From the NCBI GenBank assembly GCA_965223505.1, contig CBDCWP010000043.1:73014-137013 (forward strand): a stretch of DNA of 64,000 bases, in the 5' to 3' direction. A program made the position numbers and the translations under genes. The DNA comes from Planctomycetota bacterium (GTDB lineage: Bacteria > Planctomycetota > PLA2 > JAEUHO01). Position 1 is the stretch's first letter. The number at the start of each line of letters is the position of its first letter. Below the pieces are notes generated by a model that was given only the letters and a program-made list of their open reading frames with translations, was not told where the DNA came from and did no database searches. Positions 57,541 through 64,000 of this stretch are shown here, one piece after another.

Positions 57541-60217
57541 CCGAACCGTACTTCAACCGCTTGACCGTCTCGGCGAGGAAGAAGATCGGCAACGCCGCGC
57601 CGAAGATCAGCAGCCAGTCCGTGGCCCGCAGCGGCACGGTGTGCAGGGCGTCCTGCAGGAACGGCACGTACACGGCGCACGCCTGCAGGGCGAGCATGCC
57701 GACGAGCGCCACCAGCAACCAGGGGTTCGAGAAGAACCCCGTGCTCGTGATCGGACCGCGCAGCACACGGAAGTTCAGGACGTTGACCTTCTCGGCCACG
57801 ATGATCGCCGTGAAGGCGATCGTCTGCGCGACGGCGTTCATGCGCTCGTCCGCGGCGTTCAAGTAGGCGTAGAACAGCACCACCGTCACGATTCCGATGT
57901 AGCCCCCGAGCAGGAGGATCTGACGCACGCCGGCGGCGTCGAGGATGCCCGCTCTCGGGTCGCGCGGTTTCCCCCGCATCGCATTGCGTCCGACCGGCTC
58001 CACACCGAGCGCGATCGCCGTCGCGCTGTCGGTGACCAGATTCATCCAGAGGATCTGCACGGGAACGAGGATCAGCGGACCGCCGAGGAGGATGTTCACG
58101 AGAATCGCGAGCACCTCGCCCAGGTTCGACGAGAGCAGGTAGCGCACGAATCGCTGAATGTTGGCGAACTGCCGCCGTCCCTCCTCGACGGCGTTCACGA
58201 TCGACGCGTAGTTGTCGTCCGTGAGAATGATGTCTGCCGCGCCCGTCGCGACGTCCGTGCCGCGAATGCCCATCGCGATGCCGATGTCGGCCTTCTTGAG
58301 CGCCGGCGCGTCGTTCACGCCGTCGCCCGTCATGCCGACGATCTCGCCTTCGCGCTGCAACGCTTCGACGATGCGCAGCTTGTGTTCGGGTGTCGTCCGC
58401 GCGAAGAGCACGCGGTCCTTCAACGCTTCGGCGAGCGCGGCGTCGTCCATCTGTGCCAGGTCCGCGCCGGTGATCGCGCGCTCGGCGTCCAGGCCCACTT
58501 GCCGCGCGATCGCGAGCGCCGTCGCCGGCGCGTCGCCGGTGATCATGATCGTGCGCACGCCCGCGCCGCGAGCCAGCGCGACCGCGGCCTCCACGCCTTC
58601 GCGCGGCGGATCGAGCATGCCGACGACACCGAGGAGCGTCAGCTCGCTCTCCGCTTCGTCGGCCTCCAACGGTCGGTTCCCGTCGAGCCGCCGCATCGCG
58701 ATGGCGAGCGTGCGCAGCCCCGCGTCCGCCATGGCGTTCATCGCGGCCTCGACACGCTCGACGTCCTCGGCGCGGATCGGCCGGGCGCTTCCGTCTTCGA
58801 AGATGCTCGACGTACGCTCGAGGAGGACGTCGGGCGCGCCTTTGACGTAGGCCACGCGACCGTCCAGGCCGTCTTCCACCACGCTCATGCGCTTGCGTGT
58901 CGAGTCGAACGGAAACGGCGTCGTCCCGGGGCGGTCGAGATCGATCTCCGGCAGCGACGCCTTGTACGCCGCGACGAGGAGCGCTCCCTCCGTGGGTGCG
59001 CCCATCACGCGCCACGCATCGCCCTCGCGCGTAACGCGGGTGCGGTTGCAGCGTTGCCCCGCCTCGAGCAGCGCGACGAGATCACCGAACGCCGTCGCAT
59101 CCACCTCTTGACCGTCGAGCTCGTAGTGCCCCGCGGGGTCGTACCCGACACCGGTCGTCTGGAACTCGCGGGTCGAGGTCCACACGCGACGGACGGTCAT
59201 CTGGCTCTGCGTCAGCGTCCCCGTCTTGTCCGCGCAGATCACCGTCGCCGAGCCCAGCGCCTCGGGCGCCTGCAATCGCCGGATCAGCGCGCGCCGGCGC
59301 GTCATCGAGCGAACGCCCAACGCGAGCGTGATCGTCACGACGGCCGGCAGCCCCTCCGGCACGACCGCGACGGCCAGGGAGACGCCCGTCATGAACATGT
59401 CGAGCAGGTCGCGTCCGCCGAGCGCGCCGATCGCAGCGATGCCGAACGAGACGACCAACCCGGCCAAGCCCAACATGCGCCCCAGGCGGGCGAGCTTGCG
59501 CTGCAACGGCGTCGGGTGTCGTACGACCGTCCGCGTCATGCGAGCGATCTCTCCGAACTGCGTTCGCATCCCCGTCGCGACGACGAGGCCTTTCGCGGCG
59601 CCGCGCGTGACGGTCGTCCCCATCCACGCCATCGAGGATCGCTCGGCGAGGTCGGTCTCCTCGTCCACCGGCTCGCTCTGCTTGGCGACGGCGTCGGACT
59701 CGCCGGTCAACGACGCCTCGTCCACCTCCAGGTCCTGCGCCGTGAGAAGGCGAACGTCCGCCGGAACCCGATTCCCGACGGAGAGGTGTACGACGTCGCC
59801 CGGCACCAGGCGCTCGGCCTTGATCTCGACCTCGCGACCGTCGCGCGTCACACGGCACAGCGGCGCCAGCATCGATCGCAGCGCCTCGAGCGTGCGCTCC
59901 GCCTTCCACTCCTGCGCGAAGCCGAGGAACCCGTTGAGGACGACGATCGCGAGGATCGTGATCCCGTCGGCGACGTGCCCGATGGCGAACGAGATCCCGG
60001 CGGCGATCAGCAGAATCACGATCAACACGTTCTGGAACTGCCGGAAGAGAACGGTCGTCCAAGCCGCCCTCTCACCGCGGGCCAGTCGATTGGCGCCGCA
60101 CGCGGCGATCCGTTGTTCGGCTTCCGCCTCGCTCAGGCCCCGCGAATCGTCCGTCTTCAGCCCCGCAACGACGTCCGCTACCGGGAGCGCGTGCCACGAT
60201 CGCGCCGCGTCGCTCAC
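57533..60217 (-). CDS. P-type ATPase, P2 (Ca2+-transporting-like)
   Basis: LTGES, PEGL, DKTGTLT, KGAPD, MITGD, TGDGVNDAPAL, QILWMNLVTD. Confidence 0.95.
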   Translation of the reverse strand: MSDAARSWHALPVADVVAGLKTDDSRGLSEAEAEQRIAACGANRLARGERAAWTTVLFRQFQNVLIVILLIAAGISFAIGHVADGITILAIVVLNGFLGFAQEWKAERTLEALRSMLAPLCRVTRDGREVEIKAERLVPGDVVHLSVGNRVPADVRLLTAQDLEVDEASLTGESDAVAKQSEPVDEETDLAERSSMAWMGTTVTRGAAKGLVVATGMRTQFGEIARMTRTVVRHPTPLQRKLARLGRMLGLAGLVVSFGIAAIGALGGRDLLDMFMTGVSLAVAVVPEGLPAVVTITLALGVRSMTRRRALIRRLQAPEALGSATVICADKTGTLTQSQMTVRRVWTSTREFQTTGVGYDPAGHYELDGQEVDATAFGDLVALLEAGQRCNRTRVTREGDAWRVMGAPTEGALLVAAYKASLPEIDLDRPGTTPFPFDSTRKRMSVVEDGLDGRVAYVKGAPDVLLERTSSIFEDGSARPIRAEDVERVEAAMNAMADAGLRTLAIAMRRLDGNRPLEADEAESELTLLGVVGMLDPPREGVEAAVALARGAGVRTIMITGDAPATALAIARQVGLDAERAITGADLAQMDDAALAEALKDRVLFARTTPEHKLRIVEALQREGEIVGMTGDGVNDAPALKKADIGIAMGIRGTDVATGAADIILTDDNYASIVNAVEEGRRQFANIQRFVRYLLSSNLGEVLAILVNILLGGPLILVPVQILWMNLVTDSATAIALGVEPVGRNAMRGKPRDPRAGILDAAGVRQILLLGGYIGIVTVVLFYAYLNAADERMNAVAQTIAFTAIIVAEKVNVLNFRVLRGPITSTGFFSNPWLLVALVGMLALQACAVYVPFLQDALHTVPLRATDWLLIFGAALPIFFLAETVKRLKYGSAS

Positions 60218-60223
60218 CGTCGC

Positions 60224-61528
60224 CTATTCCCGGGGCGCGGCGGGCAGCTCGATGCGGAAGCACGCGCCGGTGTCGGCGCTGTCGACCTCGATCGACCCGT
60301 CGGCGGCGAGGACCGCGCGTCGTACGTAGGCGAGCCCCAGCCCGGTGCCCTCGGTCTTCGTCGTGTAGAAGGGCGAGAAGATCTTCTCCCACTTGTCCTT
60401 CGGGATGCCCGGTCCACGGTCGCACACGCGCAGAACGACCTGGTGGGGGGTGCGCGAGAGCTCGATGGTGATCTCGCCGCCCTCGTCTTCCTGTGCCTGC
60501 GCCGCGTTGAGCATGAGATTGGTGAGCGCCCGGCGCAGCGACTCCGGGTGTGCGCGGACGAAGATCGGCTCCTTCGGCATGTCGACCTTCGTCTCGATGT
60601 TCTCGAAGCGTGGATCCATCTGGAAGCCGAACAAGGCGGAGTCGATCAGCTCCTGCATCTCGACCGACTCGGGATGGCCTTCGAGCGGTCGCGCCATGCG
60701 CAGGGTGTCGTCGAGCAGCGTGCTCATCTGATGCAGTCTCGCGCGCGCCGCGGCGACGATTTGTTCGCGCTCGCCTGGGTCGTTCTCCTCTTCCAGCAGG
60801 TCCAGCGCGCCCGCCACGGAAGCAACGGGATTGCGGATCTCGTGCGCCAGCGTCGCGGCCATGCGCCCGAGGTCGGCCAGAGCCTGGATGTGTCCGTCCA
60901 CGATCTGCCCGCCGCCGGCCGGATCGTGGAGGAGGCAGACGATGCGCCGGCCGCCGTCGCCCGTCCACCAGACGGCGTAGCGATACGGATCGGGGTGATC
61001 GACCGCCATCACGCCGTCACGTCGATCCACCAACGCGCCTTTCAAGAGCTGCGGCAACGCGACCTCGTGCAAGGCAACCGGCAGCGCATCCGCAGCGATG
61101 TCGACGCTCTCGGCGCCCAGCGCGTTGCAGTTCAATACGACTCCGCCTTCGCCGTCGATGACGAACCACGGGTGCGGCGCGGCGGAGATGTCGGGTGCCG
61201 TGCGATCGACGGCGTCGATCGGTGCGTCGCCGTCGGTGAGCGCCCGTGTGAGCATCCGCGGGTTGAACGGCGGCTCCCACACCGCGGTGCCGCCGTGGCG
61301 CAGCGCCTGTCGCAGCGCCTCGGAGGGATCGCGGTCGGGCGGAAGGTTCAGCTGCGGCCGCAAGACCAGTGTCGCGCGTGCGCCGTTCGCCCCATGCGCG
61401 CTGTCGGTGATCTCGAGCTCGCACGACGACAAGTCACCGCCCAATACGACGTCATGCCCGTTCGAGCGCAGCAACGCCGCGAGCGCCTCTCGCAGCCTGG
61501 GATCGCCGAGGGCCAGTCCGATGCGCAT
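60224..61528 (-). CDS. Cytoplasmic sensor histidine kinase (NtrB-like)
   Basis: LAHEIRNP H-box, NLMLNA, DRGPGI, FSPFYTTK..GTGLGL. Confidence 0.88.
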   Translation of the reverse strand: MRIGLALGDPRLREALAALLRSNGHDVVLGGDLSSCELEITDSAHGANGARATLVLRPQLNLPPDRDPSEALRQALRHGGTAVWEPPFNPRMLTRALTDGDAPIDAVDRTAPDISAAPHPWFVIDGEGGVVLNCNALGAESVDIAADALPVALHEVALPQLLKGALVDRRDGVMAVDHPDPYRYAVWWTGDGGRRIVCLLHDPAGGGQIVDGHIQALADLGRMAATLAHEIRNPVASVAGALDLLEEENDPGEREQIVAAARARLHQMSTLLDDTLRMARPLEGHPESVEMQELIDSALFGFQMDPRFENIETKVDMPKEPIFVRAHPESLRRALTNLMLNAAQAQEDEGGEITIELSRTPHQVVLRVCDRGPGIPKDKWEKIFSPFYTTKTEGTGLGLAYVRRAVLAADGSIEVDSADTGACFRIELPAAPRE

Positions 61529-62692
61529 CAGGCGTCTCGCAGATGCATGCGGAAACCGGCGACGTTCGGCTCGTCGTGAACGATGCTCAGCGCACCGCGG
61601 TGCAGATCGGCGACGAACTCGCAGACCGAGAGGCCGAGTCCGGCGCTCGCCGGGTCCTTCGGATCGCACGCCATCACCCGATCGACCCATCCGGGCCCGT
61701 CGTTGGTGACCTCGACCTGCGTGTCGTCACCCATCCGCGTTCCCCGGATGACGATTTCGCCGCCGGGACTCCAGAGAACCGCGTCCTGCACCAGCTCTTC
61801 GATGGCCAGCCGCACCGCTTCGGCGTAGAGCGAGGCCGTGAGGTCGGGCGGATCGAGGTCGAGGCGCGTCCGCGTGTTGTGCAGCGTGACGCTGCCGAGC
61901 GCCTGCCCGAACACGTCGCGCAGCGGCACCCGCTCCGGAACGCACTGCTTGTCGTCGAGCACCGCGGGAATGTTGAGCGGCCGTCCGGCCCGCGCGATCT
62001 CCCGCAACACGTCGCGAAGCTTGACCAACGCCTCTTCGTTCGCCGTTCCCCGCGTCTGCGATGCGATCTCCGCGTAGCAGAGCGCGGTGTCCACGCCGTT
62101 GCGAAGCGCCTGTCCGTAGCGGTCAAGCGCACGTTCCGTGTACATCAGTCGGTCGCGGTGCCGGGCGACGGCGAACTCCTGCCGCCGATACGCGGCGAGC
62201 ATCAGCGCGAGCTCCATGTCGAGCGCCAGTGACATTGCGCGCGCGATCCGGCGCGCCAGCTCGGGATCGTCCGCGAAGACCTCCCATGTCGACGTGACGA
62301 CGTCGGTGCGAATCGCGCTGATCGCGGTCACCATCAGATGCTGCGGCATGCGGATCTTGACGTGGGCGTGGCCGATGGCTTCGCGCGCGAGCTCGTATCG
62401 CTCGTCGAATGGCATCGAGAAGAGCTCGTGGAACCAGGCGCTGAGGCTGCGCTTGAGCCGAATGACGCGCGCCTCGTCCTCGAGCAGGCTCATCGCGACC
62501 GGGTCGGTCAGCAACCGCAGGTAGAAGCGATCGACCCAGCCGTCGATCTCGGTCGAGAGGCGTTCCCTCGCCTTGCGAACGAGCGCCTCTTCGTTCTCGC
62601 CGAATCCGAGGCTCCTGCGCACGGCGGCGATGCCGCTCATCGGAACAGGGCGGCCGCCCGCTGCTACGGCCGCACCGCCCTGTCGAACCGCA

Positions 62693-62700
<8 letters not shown>
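61528..62700 (-). CDS. Globin-coupled (protoglobin-like) sensor fused to a degenerate histidine kinase domain
   Basis: VDRFY, RLKRSL..W..ELF, IGHAHVKI; kinase region GQALRNG (no His), ELVQDA, NDGPG, GLGL. Alternative start 62640. Confidence 0.8.

Positions 62701-64000
<1,300 letters not shown>

Noticed and set aside
57641..61579. Very long antisense or off-frame ORFs (also 43602-46910, 46922-49621, 8723-11764, 37542-39965, 6783-8804)
   Set aside because: Shadows of well-supported genes in high-GC DNA: Arg/Ala/Gly-rich with no motifs.

Overview
High-GC, gene-dense bacterial window of about 55 genes. The gene content points to Planctomycetota (inference): ECF sigma factors with long C-terminal extensions, a planctomycete-type ECF next to a Ser/Thr kinase, a DUF1800/DUF1501 pair and DUF1570-like proteins. 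No rRNA, tRNA, CRISPR array or transposase was seen. The strongest hidden signal is two exported thioredoxin-fold genes, each split by the ORF caller at an in-frame TGA lying exactly in the redox motif and followed by a G-loop hairpin at SECIS-like spacing. One is a TlpA/peroxiredoxin-like UxxC protein (5707-6729). The other is a lipoprotein with an unusual C-T-U motif (551-1816) that recalls eukaryotic selenoprotein N. Both are probable selenoproteins, though no sel machinery genes are in the window. Other items missed by the ORF track: a CTAG-flanked MITE-like element (318-499), a CHAT-domain remnant (9151-9291), operator palindromes for a MarR and two ArsR regulators, and three single-base frameshifts, one of which splits an apparently foreign three-repeat gene of about 1100 aa. 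Also notable are a three-gene operon with two active kinase and two pseudokinase domains, and a globin-coupled pseudo-histidine-kinase/sigma54 module upstream of a P-type ATPase. All family assignments are by motif recognition, not database search.
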